A stretch of DNA of 64,000 bases. Source: an uncultured Chloroflexia bacterium. Its GTDB lineage: Bacteria; Chloroflexota; Anaerolineae; JAAYZQ01. The stretch covers positions 544,001 to 608,000 of the forward strand of contig CAVOXA010000001.1 of the NCBI GenBank assembly GCA_963700285.1. The letters run 5' to 3'. A program made the translations under genes and the position numbers. Shown here one piece after another: positions 51,787-62,931 of the stretch; positions within the stretch are counted from its first letter, which is position 1, and each line of letters begins with the position of its first letter. The notes under the pieces were generated by a model. That model ran no database searches and had not been told where the DNA came from. It worked only from the letters and a program-made list of their open reading frames with translations.

Positions 51787-52805
51787 TGGAAGCCATCCAC
51801 GTTCTTTCTACGCTCCGTTTTGCTGAGGGCCTGCTCCAACAGCTGCGGTCCGTGTCCCCCTGCTTGCACGTGATCCAGCAGACCTGCCACGACGCTGGAG
51901 AAGTGGCTTCTGTGCTGGCTGGCCATCCTCAGGTGGAAGTCCTGTATACTTTTGATCTGCCCCCGGATGTCCTGGAACTGGCCCCCCGTCTGCGTTGGAT
52001 CCAACTTCACAGTGCTGGTGCGGAGCATGTGATGGACAATCCTGTTGCTGCAAGCAACGTGGCGATCACCACTGTGAGCGGCATTCATGCCACGCCCATC
52101 GCCGAATATGTGCTTGCCTCGATGCTGGCTCATCGCTGGCAGGTGGCGATGTGGACAAACTGCCAGCGCGAGGGCAGGTGGCCGCAGGGTAGGTGGAACC
52201 TCTACTCCCGCCCAGAGCTTCGGGGCGCTACTCTGGGCATCGTGGGCTATGGCAGCATCGGCCGGGAAGTCGGCCGGTTGGGTCGGGCCTTTGGTATGAG
52301 GGTGTTTGCCCTGCGCCGCACGGTCGGGCGACCCGACCAGGGTTATGCTGTCAGCCGCACCGGAGATCCGGAGGGTAGCATCCCTGAGCGTTTCTACCCG
52401 GCTACTGCGCTGCACCGCATGCTGGCCGAGTGCGACTATGTGGTCGTAGCCGTGCCCTTGACGCCGGCGACGACTCATTTGATCGGGGAGACCGAGCTTC
52501 GGGCCATGAAGCCGACTGCCTACCTCGTCAACATCGCCCGTGGCTCCATCGTGGACGAGGCTGCGCTGGTCCGTGCCCTGGACGAGGGGTGGATCGCGGG
52601 TGCGGGACTGGACGTGTTCGAGCAGGAACCACTACCTTCTGACAGCCCGTTGTGGGAAATGGAGAACGCCCTGATTTCGCCTCATGTAGCGGGCTTTACG
52701 CCACGCTACGACGAGCGGGCCACGGTGCTCTTTGCTCAGAACCTGGCCCGCTACCTGGCCGGCCAGCCGCTGCTAAACCTGGTGGACAAGTCGAGAGGGT
52801 ACTGA
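51786..52805 (+). CDS. D-2-hydroxyacid dehydrogenase
   Basis: GIVGYGSIG, PLTPAT, VNIARG, AGLDVF..EPL, SPHVAG. Confidence 0.93.
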   Translation: MEAIHVLSTLRFAEGLLQQLRSVSPCLHVIQQTCHDAGEVASVLAGHPQVEVLYTFDLPPDVLELAPRLRWIQLHSAGAEHVMDNPVAASNVAITTVSGIHATPIAEYVLASMLAHRWQVAMWTNCQREGRWPQGRWNLYSRPELRGATLGIVGYGSIGREVGRLGRAFGMRVFALRRTVGRPDQGYAVSRTGDPEGSIPERFYPATALHRMLAECDYVVVAVPLTPATTHLIGETELRAMKPTAYLVNIARGSIVDEAALVRALDEGWIAGAGLDVFEQEPLPSDSPLWEMENALISPHVAGFTPRYDERATVLFAQNLARYLAGQPLLNLVDKSRGY

Positions 52806-53585
52806 TGGTAGCCTATCCGGAGACTGCTCAGAGAACCAAGGGCATCATCTTTGACCTGGGCCATACGTTGATGCATTTGGACAGCACGTGGCCGGAGGTA
52901 GCAAAGTACGGGGCGGCCGATCTGGCGGCTTTCGTCCAGGGGCAGTCACTGGGGCTGGATGGGCACATCTTTGCCCAAGCTGTGCTAGACCGCCGTGCGG
53001 AGGGTTTTGCCCGGGCAAAAGAGACGATGCGTGAGGTACCGGCTGAGCGTACCATGCGCTGGGTCTATGCCCGCTTTGGCATACCGGATCCAGACCCGGC
53101 TCTGGTGAGGGACAGCATCGACGCCTTTTTCGCCTACGAGCACAGCCGGTGGCAGGCCGACCCGGAGGCAACATCTCTCCTGCGCGAGCTGACGGGGCAG
53201 GGGATGCGGCTGGGGCTGTTTTCCAATGCCACCGACGACCGCTTCATCCAGAATCTGGTAGACCGCCTGGGCTTCCGGCCCTGGCTGGATCCGGCGCTCA
53301 GTTCTTCCGGAACTGGCGTCCGGAAACCGGACCCAACGGCCTTCATGCCCATCCTAGCTGCCTGGGATCTGTTCCCTGAAGAGGTGGTGATGGTTGGCGA
53401 CACGCTGGATGCCGACATCCTGGGTGCCCAACAGGCAGGAATGCGCAGCGTGTGGATCCGGTCCCGTGAGGATGCCCGCCAGGATGGACGTCGGCACTGC
53501 TGGAACCAGCGAGCAGGTGCCGATTCAGCCTGACGCGACGATCTGCCGCCTTGGGGAACTGCTGGACTGCCTGAGAAAACTGTAG
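52805..53585 (+). CDS. HAD-family hydrolase (frameshift near the C-terminus)
   Basis: IFDLGHTL, FSNA, RKPDP, MVGDTLDADILGA. Confidence 0.9.
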
Positions 53586-53629
53586 CGTAGGGCAGTCCTT
53601 GCCCGCTGGCTGTCCCAAGAGTCGACCGG

Positions 53630-55402
53630 TTAGCCCTTCCCCATCCTTTTCAGATTCTCTACTTCCTGGCTTAGGATGCGCCGCAGAATGGCGATGGATG
53701 CCGCATAGGTGGCATCCACGCCAAAGTAGGACAGGCTCTTGGACAACAGCGATCTGCCGCCGGCTGTAGGGCGTGTCCGAGGCATAGTGGATCACGCCAA
53801 TGTCGTAGGGCGCGTTGATGAACAGGTTGACGATCTCGTTGATCGGGATAGCGCTTGGGATAGATGTTTTCATAGACCCCGCTGAGGTAGGGCCCCGCCT
53901 CCATCTCGATGTCGGTGTAGCCCTCCTGGTAGAACACGCCCACAAAGTCCTTGTTCTGCAAAAAGGTGCCGCGCACCGTCACCGCCTTCTGGTTGTCAAA
54001 CACGCTGCCCTGGGTCAGATAGGGCGCGACGTCGCTGGCGCAGGAAGCAGTTCTTGAACAGGAACGTGTTCTGCGAATGCTCGTCATAGACCACGTTGGG
54101 GATCATGACGTCGCCCACCTGGCCGTTGAGGGTCGCCGCCTTGCCCATGAAATAGACCCCCTGCAGCTCGCCCAGGTTGGCAGCGACCTGGCTGAAGATC
54201 TGGTAGGCGGCCATGCCCAGCGGATAGTCCACGTTAAAGATGACGGCGTCGCTCTCCTGGAGGGCCTCCAGACCCGTCGACGCAGACCCGCCGGTCAAAG
54301 CCTTCGGGGCGCAGGGACTTGAGTTCGATGACCTGGGCCGCCACGTCCAGGTAGAGGGGATTCTCGACGTGCAGCAATCCCCGCTCCCGGTGGAAGCGGT
54401 ACATGGCTGCTTGCTTTGCTCGCCTGCGTCTCGGCGTCGCCGTGGCGCAGGTACTTGCCCAGCGCGTAGTAGAGCAGGTTCTCCATAGACTCGTCCGGCT
54501 CCTGGCCGGCCTTGAGGCGCTGGTAGTGATGCCACAGGTTCTCCGGGTTGACCTCCTGCAAGAAAGCCGCCAACTCGTCCTCGATGGCCAGGGCATAGCC
54601 GCCCAGCAGGTTGACCAGGCTGTGGGTATTGGACGAGACAAAGTAGACCGGCCGGTAGAAAAGGTCGCTGTGCAGGTAGCGATCGACCTCCTGGGAGATC
54701 GGTGTACCACCAGCCGTCGGTGGCCCGACGATAGTCGGTCAGCGAGCCGGCCAGCAGCCGGATGGCCATGTCCTTTCGCTCGCGCCCGGCCTGAAGCAGG
54801 TTGGGCCACAGCGCCGGCCCCCAGGCGGCCTGGAGCTTGACAAAATCGTCGGCCGAGATGCCCAGAACGTCGGCCACATCGCCTACCTCTTCGGGCGCCA
54901 GCGGCTCGCCGCCCGGAGACGTGGGCCTCGATGCGGGCCAGCATCGGGCGTGTTGGCCAGCCGCATCGTGGAGCTTGTTCCACTCGATCTGGTAGGCCGT
55001 CAGCATGGGGATCAGGTCGTCGATGTCGGACACGCTGGCGATAAAGGCGGCCAGGGTGCTCTCGCCGTCAAAGAACATCTTGCGGCGGCGCGAGTGGGCC
55101 GTCACCGGCTGCCACTTTTCCACATCGGGAAAGCCCCGCCGGTCGAACACCTCGTCCGACTGGCCCATGAGCACCAGGTCGACCTGCGGCAGGCATTGGG
55201 GCAGGCGCATCACGCTGTAGACAAAGGCCGAGATGTCGGGCGTGGGGTCGTCGGCGCCGACGTGCAGGCTGGAGTTCATGGCCGAGTGGGTCTCTTCCAG
55301 CGAGCGAACGCGGATGTCGCTGGTGGATCGCAGCAGCGAGTAGTAGGTGCGCATGTAGAGTTCGATCTCTTCGTTGCCGCGAGAGGGTATGTCACGGATC
55401 AT
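53630..55402 (-). CDS. conserved hypothetical protein (DUF6909-like; several frameshifts)
   Basis: Continuous coding across frames: IELYMRTYYSLLRS, SVSDIDDLIP..TAYQIEWNK, NVDYPLG, MGKAATLNG, IEMEAGPYL, HYASDTP. Confidence 0.7.
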
Positions 55403-55624
55403 CCGTCAATCTCCTGTTTGGGCACGTTGCTCGCTCACCCAGTTTCGCTGCAGGCCAGGAACAGGGTCTCGTGCCCGACATGCGCTCATCGCAGGTCACC
55501 GATGCAGCCGCGACCAGCGATCTCTAGCCTTGCAGGCGGAAAACGTCTGTGCACGTGGTCGCTGTAAACAACGCCCCAGTTGGTGGTCGTGTCAGGGCGT
55601 CACCAGTACAAGGCGGCAATGTCT

Positions 55625-56050
55625 CTACTCGTCCAATGCCTCGTACTGCTCGGGCATGTCCAGCTCCACAACCTCGCCGTGGGTGTTGATGATCACCCGG
55701 AAACCCAGCATGCCCAGCCAGGCGCGTGCGTCCGTCGGGCAGCCCTTGCTCGAGTCACCTGGTCCATGTTCTTGATCGAGGCGTCGATCATGGCCTTGGT
55801 AAACAGGTCGTCCTTGCCCAGCATCTGGAGCATGGCCTCGGTGGCGATCTCTCGGTGGGCCATGAACTGCTCGCGAAGCATCTCGATCACCTGCCGGTCC
55901 ACGGCTTCCGATTCGACGTGGCGCCGGAAGCCGGCATCATCGACGACATAGTTGGGCACGTCGCCGACCATGACCACATCGACTGGGTTGCCCTCCTCGT
56001 CCTGGACCAGCCCGGCAAAACAGCGCGGTCCGCGGGGTCGAGTCTGTCAT
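55625..56050 (-). CDS. hypothetical protein (frameshifted)
   Basis: RBS GGAGG; YVVDDAGFRRH...MLGKDDLFTKAMIDAS...WLGMLGFRVIIN.HG. Confidence 0.6.
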
Positions 56051-56132
56051 GCGATACCCTCCTTCCATTGGGTATGGGAAAGGGCAGCGACTGACGCATC
56101 GCTGCCCTCCCCGCGAAGCAATGTGCGATTCC

Positions 56133-56207
56133 TGGTGGACCCGGCCGGATTCGAACCGGCGATCTCCTGCGTGCAAAGCAGGCGCCTTCCCGCTAGGCCA
56201 CGGGCCC
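56133..56207 (-). tRNA. tRNA-Ala(TGC)
   Basis: Cloverleaf with G3:U70, anticodon arm CCTGC-TT-TGC-AC-GCAGG, encoded CCA. Confidence 0.95.
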
Positions 56208-56215
56208 AATCGATG

Positions 56216-56302
<87 letters not shown>

Positions 56303-56312
56303 CATGATAGCG

Positions 56313-56788
56313 GACGCAGACGGGATCATACCCCCGATTCTGTCAGCCTGCTCCCAGGGCAGAGGGCTGCCGTCATCTGTCTCACTCCACACTCGGAGTG
56401 GCGGCTCCTGACTTGCCGGGTGTGACCCGGCCTCATCGTCGCCGCTGCGACGAGACCGAACCCTGCGCGACCGTCGGTCTGCCGCTGGCCCGGCCCACTC
56501 GCCTTGCTCCCGGTCGCACGCTCGCCTAGCCGGCCGTGTCGCCACGACCGCTGGTGGGCTCTTACCCCACCGGTTCGCCCCTTACCGGCGCTCCAGAGGG
56601 AGCGCTGGCGGGAATGCTTTCTGTTGCGGTTGTAGTCAGGACGCGGCTCTCGCCGGCCTGCCCCCACTTGCTGTTTCGTGGGGCGACCTTGTCCCGCACC
56701 GGAGCGGGACTGGGAGTCGGGAAGTTCCTCTAGGCAACAGACCACGTTGGAGCTGCTTGCTGCCCAGCGACGGCTCACCCATCTGCCC
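56313..56788 (-). ncRNA. rnpB: RNase P RNA (divergent P4); ends approximate
   Basis: P1 GCAGATGGG/CCCGTCTGC; GAGGAA; GCAACAGAAAG; GGTAAGGG.GAA.CGGTGGGGTAAGAGCCCACC; GGAGCAAGGC; ACAGAA near the 3' end; TATAAT just upstream. Confidence 0.88.
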
Positions 56789-56947
56789 AACTGGAGATTA
56801 TACCACGAGACCCGGCTGCTATCAAATACGGACCATTCCGGTGCCATAGACGGTCTGGGCACGTGTAGGCATGGGATCAAATACACTTGACAGTTCCGGC
56901 CAGATGCGGTATCTTGGACCGGAGAAGGAAATGGGGATCTGAGAACC

Positions 56948-58042
56948 TTGCAACGCGAAACGGGACCGTATTGGAAGACCTGGATCAAGCTCGCGCCACT
57001 ACCGTTGGTGGCGCTGCTGGTCGGTTGCCGCCTACTGGCACACAAGGACACCCGTGTCCAATCCGCCAGTGGGCGCGCCGCCTGTCCAGTCCGGCGTGCC
57101 GGCCACATCTCTGACTGCCACACCCTCTCCCATTCTGACGGCTACGCCTACGCTCACTCCCACGCCTACTGCAACATCGACCGCAACTTCGACGGTCACT
57201 GCCACAGCCGCGCCTACCCATACACATACACCCACTTCCACGCCTACCACGACTGCTACGCCAACAGACACACCCACGGCCACCCACACGCCGACGCGTA
57301 CCCCTACCCCGACGCCCCTGCTGCCCAACGCCCGACGGCGTCGACCGCCAGGCGCGCGTGCCGATCCTGATGTACCACCACATCGATGAGCCGCCGACCG
57401 GGCGCCGATGCGCTGCGCCGCGACCTATCGGTCACGCCCAAGAGCTTTGAAGAAGCAGCTTGCGCTACCTCCAGCAAGAGGGCTACGAGTCCATCACGCT
57501 CAACGACCTGGTCCTGCACCTGACCATCGGCAAGCCACTGCCTGCCCAAGCCGATCATCCTCACCTTCGACGATGGCTATGCCGATGCCTACACCCATGC
57601 CTTCCCGCTGCCTGCAGCGCTTTGGCTTCACCGGCACCTTTTTCCTGATCACTGCGCCGATCGATGCCCAGAATCCCGATTTTCTCTCGTGGGACCAGGT
57701 GGAAGAGATGCACGCTGCCGGCATGAAGTTCGAGCCCCACAGCTACGACCATCCCGACATGCGCAACCGGGGCTTTGACTTTGTCGTCTTCCAGATCCTG
57801 GCCCCCAAGGAGGCCATCGAAGCCCGCACCGGCGAGACCTGCCGCTTTTTTGCCTATCCCGTCCGGCCGCTACGACCAGTTCGTCATCGACGTGCTGCGC
57901 TCGGCCGACTATCTGGGGCGCGGTGCTGACCGAGCAGGGCGCCACCCACAGCCTGGATGACCTGTTCGAGCTGCGCCGCGTCCGCGTCCACGGCGAGGAC
58001 GACCTGGATGCCTTTGTCCGCACGCTGAACCTCGATTGGTAG
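56948..58042 (+). CDS. polysaccharide deacetylase with Thr/Pro-rich linker (frameshifted; start uncertain)
   Basis: TPT repeats; [38 protein letters not shown]. Confidence 0.85.
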
Positions 58043-58059
58043 AGTATCTGGGTACCACG

Positions 58060-59848
58060 ATGTACTTTGACGCGCTGACCATGGCCTGCGTGGCCGACGA
58101 ACTTGCGCGGCTACCATCCTCGGCGGGCGGGTGCAGCAAGTTCTCCTGCCCGACAGGCTGTCGGTGGGGCTGGAGATCTATGCCCAGCACCAGCGTCACT
58201 ACCTGCTGGCCTCTGCCCACGCCGAACTGGGCCGGCTGCTCCTGTCCTCTGAAAAGCTGCGGCGGGGCGTGGACAAGGAGACCGGCCTGCTCCTGCTGCT
58301 GCGCAAGTATGCCCGCGGCGCCAGCGTCTCGGCCATCGAGCAGCCGCCCTTTGAGCGCGTCCTGCGCCTGAGCTTCGACCATCCCGAGTGGGGCTGCAGC
58401 GAGCTGGTCGTCGAGGTGATGGGCCGCCACTCCAACATCATCCTGGTGGGCCCCGGCCAGCGGGTGCTGGATGCCGTCAAGCGGGTGGGGCCGCACATGA
58501 GTTCGGCCCGCCCCATCCTTCCGGGACCGGCCCTACGCCCCGCCCCCTGCCCCAGGCCAAGCTTGCGCCCTCTGACCTGACCGAGTATCGCCTGCCAGCA
58601 GATTCTGGAGGGTCACGGGCCCGGGGACCAGGTCTGGCAGGCGCTGGTCGAGCGGCCTGCGCGGCATGAGCCCTCTCCTGGCCCGCGAGATCACCTTCCG
58701 CGCTCTGGGCCAGGCCCCGGGCCAGGATTGCCGAGGTGGAACGCCTCACGCCTCTTCTGGAGGCGGCCAGGTGCCTGCTCTCGCCTCTCGACCTGTCCGC
58801 GGCGACCCGATCTGGCAGCCTACGGTTGTGCTGGAAGAGGACCAGGTCGCGGTCTATGCTCCCTATCCACTGACCCACCGGGGCGAACCGCAGGCCATGC
58901 CTTCCATGAGCCAGGCCATCGAGGCCTATACCCGCGGCGGCCGCCAGCACAGATTCCTACGCCGCGGCCAAGCACCCCGTCCAGGAGTCCATCTCCAAGG
59001 CCCGCGTCCGCCTGGAGCGCCGCCTCGAGTCTCTGGATCGTTCGCTGAGGCAGGGCGACCAGGCGGACCGCTGGCGCCAGTGGGGGGAGTGGATCCTGGC
59101 CTACGCCCACACCATCACCCCGGGCCAGACGGAACTGGTGGCCGAGACCGGCGGCGACAAACCGCTGCTCATCCCGCTGGACCCGCGAGATATCGGCCCG
59201 CGGACAACGCCCAGGCCTGCTTCGCCCGCTACCGCAAGGCACAGCGGGCCATCGGAGGGCGGCCCGGCCCGCCTGGCCGAGGTCGATCTGGCCTTGCGCG
59301 ATCTGGAGCAATTGGAGACCGACCTGGCGCTGGCCGATAGCCGCCCCGAGATCGACGAGGTCCGGACTGTCCTCGCTCGAGGCGGGCTACATCCAAGCAG
59401 AAAAGACGAAAATCATCCATAGTTGCCTCCAGCAAGCCGCTGTCCATGACCTCGCCGGATGGTCTGCCGCATCCTGGTGGGCCGCAACAGCCGCCAGAAC
59501 GACGACGTCACCTTTCGCCACGCGAAAAGCGACGACTGGTGGTTCCACGCCCGGGGCGTGCCTGGCGCCCACGTCATCGTCCGCTCGGCCGGCCAGCCGC
59601 TCCCAGAAGCGACGATCCGCCGGGCCGCGGAACTGGCCGCCTTCTTCTCCGGCCTGCGCGACGACGCCTTCGTGGTCGTGGACTATACCCTGCGCCGCCA
59701 TGTGCGCCGCATCCCCGGCGCTGCGCCCGGTCTCGTGACCTATGTTCAGGAAAAGACCATTCGTGTCAGCCCCTCGGGCCCGGACTCGACTGCTCCGTCT
59801 GGGAGCCAGCGACCCGGCGAGGTAGCTCGGGAGCCTGAAAGAATATGA
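58060..59848 (+). CDS. NFACT / Rqc2 (FbpA-like) ribosome quality-control protein (frameshifted)
   Basis: MYFDALT, ERVLRL, LVVEVMGRHSNIIL, NAQ..F.RYRKA, GRNSRQND, WFHARGVPGAHV, VDYT. Confidence 0.88.
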
Positions 59849-60705
59849 CAGCCACGGCCTCAACCGGGGCAGATACGATCATATTCCTCCATATTCACAA
59901 GACAGCGGGTACGACGCTGCACCGGGTCATCGAGCGCCAGTACCGCCCTGAGCAGATCTGGACCCTCGACGAGCAGAACGGTTTCGACGACCTGGTAAGC
60001 CTCACAGAAGCGCAGAGAGCCCGGATCCGCATGCTCAGGGGTCACATGGAATTCGGCCTGCACGAATTCATGCCGGCGACGACCACCTATTTCACCCTCC
60101 TGCGACAGCCCATCGAGCGTGTCATCTCCTTCTACTATTTCATTCGCCGCAACCCCAACCACTATCATTTCGAACCCATCGTCAACCAGGACCTGAGCCT
60201 GGGCGACTTTTTGGCTACCAGACAGAACAAGATGATGGACAACGGCCAGACCAGGGTGCTGGCCGGGGCCCGGAACAACGACTATCCCATCGGCGCCTGT
60301 ACCCCGGACCTGCTGGCGCTGGCCAAACAGCATCTCAGGGACCATTTCTCGGTCGTAGGCCTCATGGAGCGCTTTGATGAGACCCTCCTCCTCCTGAAAC
60401 AGGCCTACGGCTGGCGCAACGTGCGATACGTCCGCCAGAATGTGACCACCAGCCGCCCCTTGCAGGCCGACCTGCCGCCATCCACCCTGGACCTCGTCGC
60501 CGAATACAACCAGCTTGACCTTGAACTCTATGACTATGCGGCGGCGCTCTTTGAGGAACAGATCCGAAAGCAGGGTGCCCAGTTCGCCGGGCAAGTGCGT
60601 TCCTTTCAGGCAGCCAACCGCGCTCTGGCCCGTCTCATGGTCCTGGACCCAAGGGGCCACGGCCGGCGCATCCAGGACGCGCTGCGCCAGCGCAGCGCGC
60701 GCTGA
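59845..60705 (+). CDS. sulfotransferase family 2 protein
   Basis: FLHIHKTAGTT (PAPS-binding loop), GH, TLLRQPIERVISFY, VGLMERFDE, N.LD.ELY. Confidence 0.88.
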   Translation: MTATASTGADTIIFLHIHKTAGTTLHRVIERQYRPEQIWTLDEQNGFDDLVSLTEAQRARIRMLRGHMEFGLHEFMPATTTYFTLLRQPIERVISFYYFIRRNPNHYHFEPIVNQDLSLGDFLATRQNKMMDNGQTRVLAGARNNDYPIGACTPDLLALAKQHLRDHFSVVGLMERFDETLLLLKQAYGWRNVRYVRQNVTTSRPLQADLPPSTLDLVAEYNQLDLELYDYAAALFEEQIRKQGAQFAGQVRSFQAANRALARLMVLDPRGHGRRIQDALRQRSAR

Positions 60706-60756
60706 CCGCCCGCGATGCGCTGGGACCATGAAATCCAACAGTTCAGGGAGGAAGAA

Positions 60757-61035
60757 ATGACAATCGAAGAACTAAGGGCCTTGGTCAAGCCGGACCAACT
60801 GAGCAGCCAGCACCTGACGGCCATCTGGTATGACCTGCACGGCGACTGGGACACCGCCCATCGTATCGTCCAGGAGATGGTCGACTCCAACGCCGAGTGG
60901 ATCCATGCTTACCTGCACCGCAAAGAGCCCGACATCGGCAACGCCAAGTATTGGTACCGCCGCTCGGGCCACGCCTATCCCGGCAGCATCGGCCTTGATG
61001 ACGAGGTGACGGCCATCCTTGCTGCTTTGCCCTGA
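60757..61035 (+). CDS. conserved hypothetical protein
   Basis: GDWD.AH.IVQ...W.HAYLHRKE.D..NA.YWY.R family motif. Confidence 0.8.
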   Translation: MTIEELRALVKPDQLSSQHLTAIWYDLHGDWDTAHRIVQEMVDSNAEWIHAYLHRKEPDIGNAKYWYRRSGHAYPGSIGLDDEVTAILAALP

Positions 61036-61062
61036 TTCAGAAGGGGGACGGGGGGCGGTGCA

Positions 61063-62085
61063 TCAGGTGAGGCTGGCGGAGGAAGGCCGGGCATACAGAC
61101 CCTCTGCCAGCGCCAGGTAGTGCCGGTACTTGGCCTCAATATCCGCCTCCCAGCCCGCCGACCAGCCCACCAGCCGCCTATCCAACCCCCTGGGCAGCTC
61201 GTACAGGTAGCGGGCCAGACGAAGGACCCACCACACCACCAGGATCTGGCAGTAGGTCTGGATGCGCACCAAAGCCGTGGCGTCCCCTACCAGGTCGTAG
61301 TAGGCGGTCGCAAGCGTCTCCCACCGCCAGGCGGGGACCTCTATATAGGCCACGTGCGTCAACAGGTTGGCTACGTCAAAGGCCGGGTCTCCCCAGCCGC
61401 TGTATTCCCAATCCACTGAGGCCCAGGAGCCCGAACGCCGGACATAGTTGGTGATATTGTTGTCCAGCCGGCAGAGCGCCGTAGGCGGCTTCGGCCATTC
61501 TGGAAACTGTCTATCCTCGAACCGCGCCAGCAGCGCCTTCAGGGGGGCATCCTGCGCGTCCTTGGGGATATGCTTCACCTGCCGCCTGACAACGCGTTTG
61601 CCTTCCTCAGCGCTGCAGACATGGATCCTGCTCTCTCTCAGCGCCAGGTTGACCCGGTCCGGGGTGACTGCATGAACCAGAGCCAAGTGTTCCAGCACCC
61701 TATGCCACTCGGCCGGGGTCTCCGGGGCGCGGTCCTTCACCTCACCATCCAGCCAACTCTGGACCACCACCGGCTGGGCATAGCTGCTGCGATCCAGCAA
61801 GACCGGCCGCGCAGCAATCGACAGGCCTGCCTGGCGCAAGACCGTCAGCGCGCCATACTCTCGGCCGGCCCGGTCGCACTCATCCGGCACCGTAAACTTG
61901 ACGGCCAGGTCACCCCGGGGGCCTCTGGCCTGATACAGAAGATTGTTCCGCCCGCCGGCGATGCGCCTGATCCGCCAATCTCCCCACGCCGTCTCGCCGT
62001 CCCAGTCCGCGCCCGCCAGGTACTCCAGCAGCGGGCGAACGAGTCTCTCCTGTCCCTGCTTTGGCAGGCGACTGGGCATGCTCAT
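61063..62085 (-). CDS. aminoglycoside phosphotransferase-like kinase
   Basis: GGRNNLLY, VK, D...N, VDWEYSGWGDPAFD. Confidence 0.82.
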   Translation of the reverse strand: MSMPSRLPKQGQERLVRPLLEYLAGADWDGETAWGDWRIRRIAGGRNNLLYQARGPRGDLAVKFTVPDECDRAGREYGALTVLRQAGLSIAARPVLLDRSSYAQPVVVQSWLDGEVKDRAPETPAEWHRVLEHLALVHAVTPDRVNLALRESRIHVCSAEEGKRVVRRQVKHIPKDAQDAPLKALLARFEDRQFPEWPKPPTALCRLDNNITNYVRRSGSWASVDWEYSGWGDPAFDVANLLTHVAYIEVPAWRWETLATAYYDLVGDATALVRIQTYCQILVVWWVLRLARYLYELPRGLDRRLVGWSAGWEADIEAKYRHYLALAEGLYARPSSASLT

Positions 62086-62877
62086 ACAGAGGCTAGGCCG
62101 CGGAATCTCTGGGGCTTCTGCGCGATACAGATAATCGACGTGCCCACCGGCAGGTTCACCCAGCGCAGTACCTGCGACTCGGTCCAGGTCACGCCGCTGA
62201 GGATCGTATTCAGCAGCGGCGGCGCCGGCTCCATCTCTACCTGGTACGATTCGTCGTCAAAGTGCGGCGAGCCCAGCTCCGGCTCCTGGTCAGCGCCCCG
62301 CCGCAGCAGGACCAGCGCCGCGGCCATGGGAAACACGAAAAAGTTGTTGTAGGTCATCCGCCTGATCTGGAATCCAAGCTGCCCCAACCGGTCCCCCAAC
62401 TCCTGGGTCGTATAGCGCCGCTTGTGGTCGTTTAGCACGTCGTTGTGGCTCCACAGCCACATGAAGGCCGGCACCGTAACCACCAGATGCCCGCCCGGCG
62501 CGCAGACCCGATAGCACTCGCCCAACACCGCCATCTCGTCATCGCAGTGCTCCACCGTGTCCAGCAGCGACACCAGCTCAAAGGCATCGTCCTCGAAGGG
62601 CAGGTCCTCGGCCACCCCCTCGCGCACGTCGTAGCCCCGCTCGCGGGCCACCACCAGCGGCTTGGCATTGTTGTCCACACCCACCACCGGACCATAGCGC
62701 GCCAGGTGGTGGAACATGTTCCCCGCGCCGCAGCCGATATCCAGCACCCGCTGGCTGCCGTCGGGCTTAACCTCGCGGTCAAGCATATTCAGCAGCGACC
62801 AGGTCCGCCCGGCGAACCACCAGTGGTTGTCTTCCTCGATCTCGGTGGGTATAGTCGGTGTTGTGTTTGTCTGTCAT
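62082..62877 (-). CDS. class I SAM-dependent methyltransferase (5' frameshift)
   Basis: HWWF..R; VLDIGCGAG; LDTVEH; TVPAFMWLWSHND...HKRRY. Confidence 0.88.
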
Positions 62878-62931
62878 AGTCTTATCAGGCTCCTGTTCCG
62901 TGGTTCGTGTTGCGTGGTTCGTGTCCGGCGT

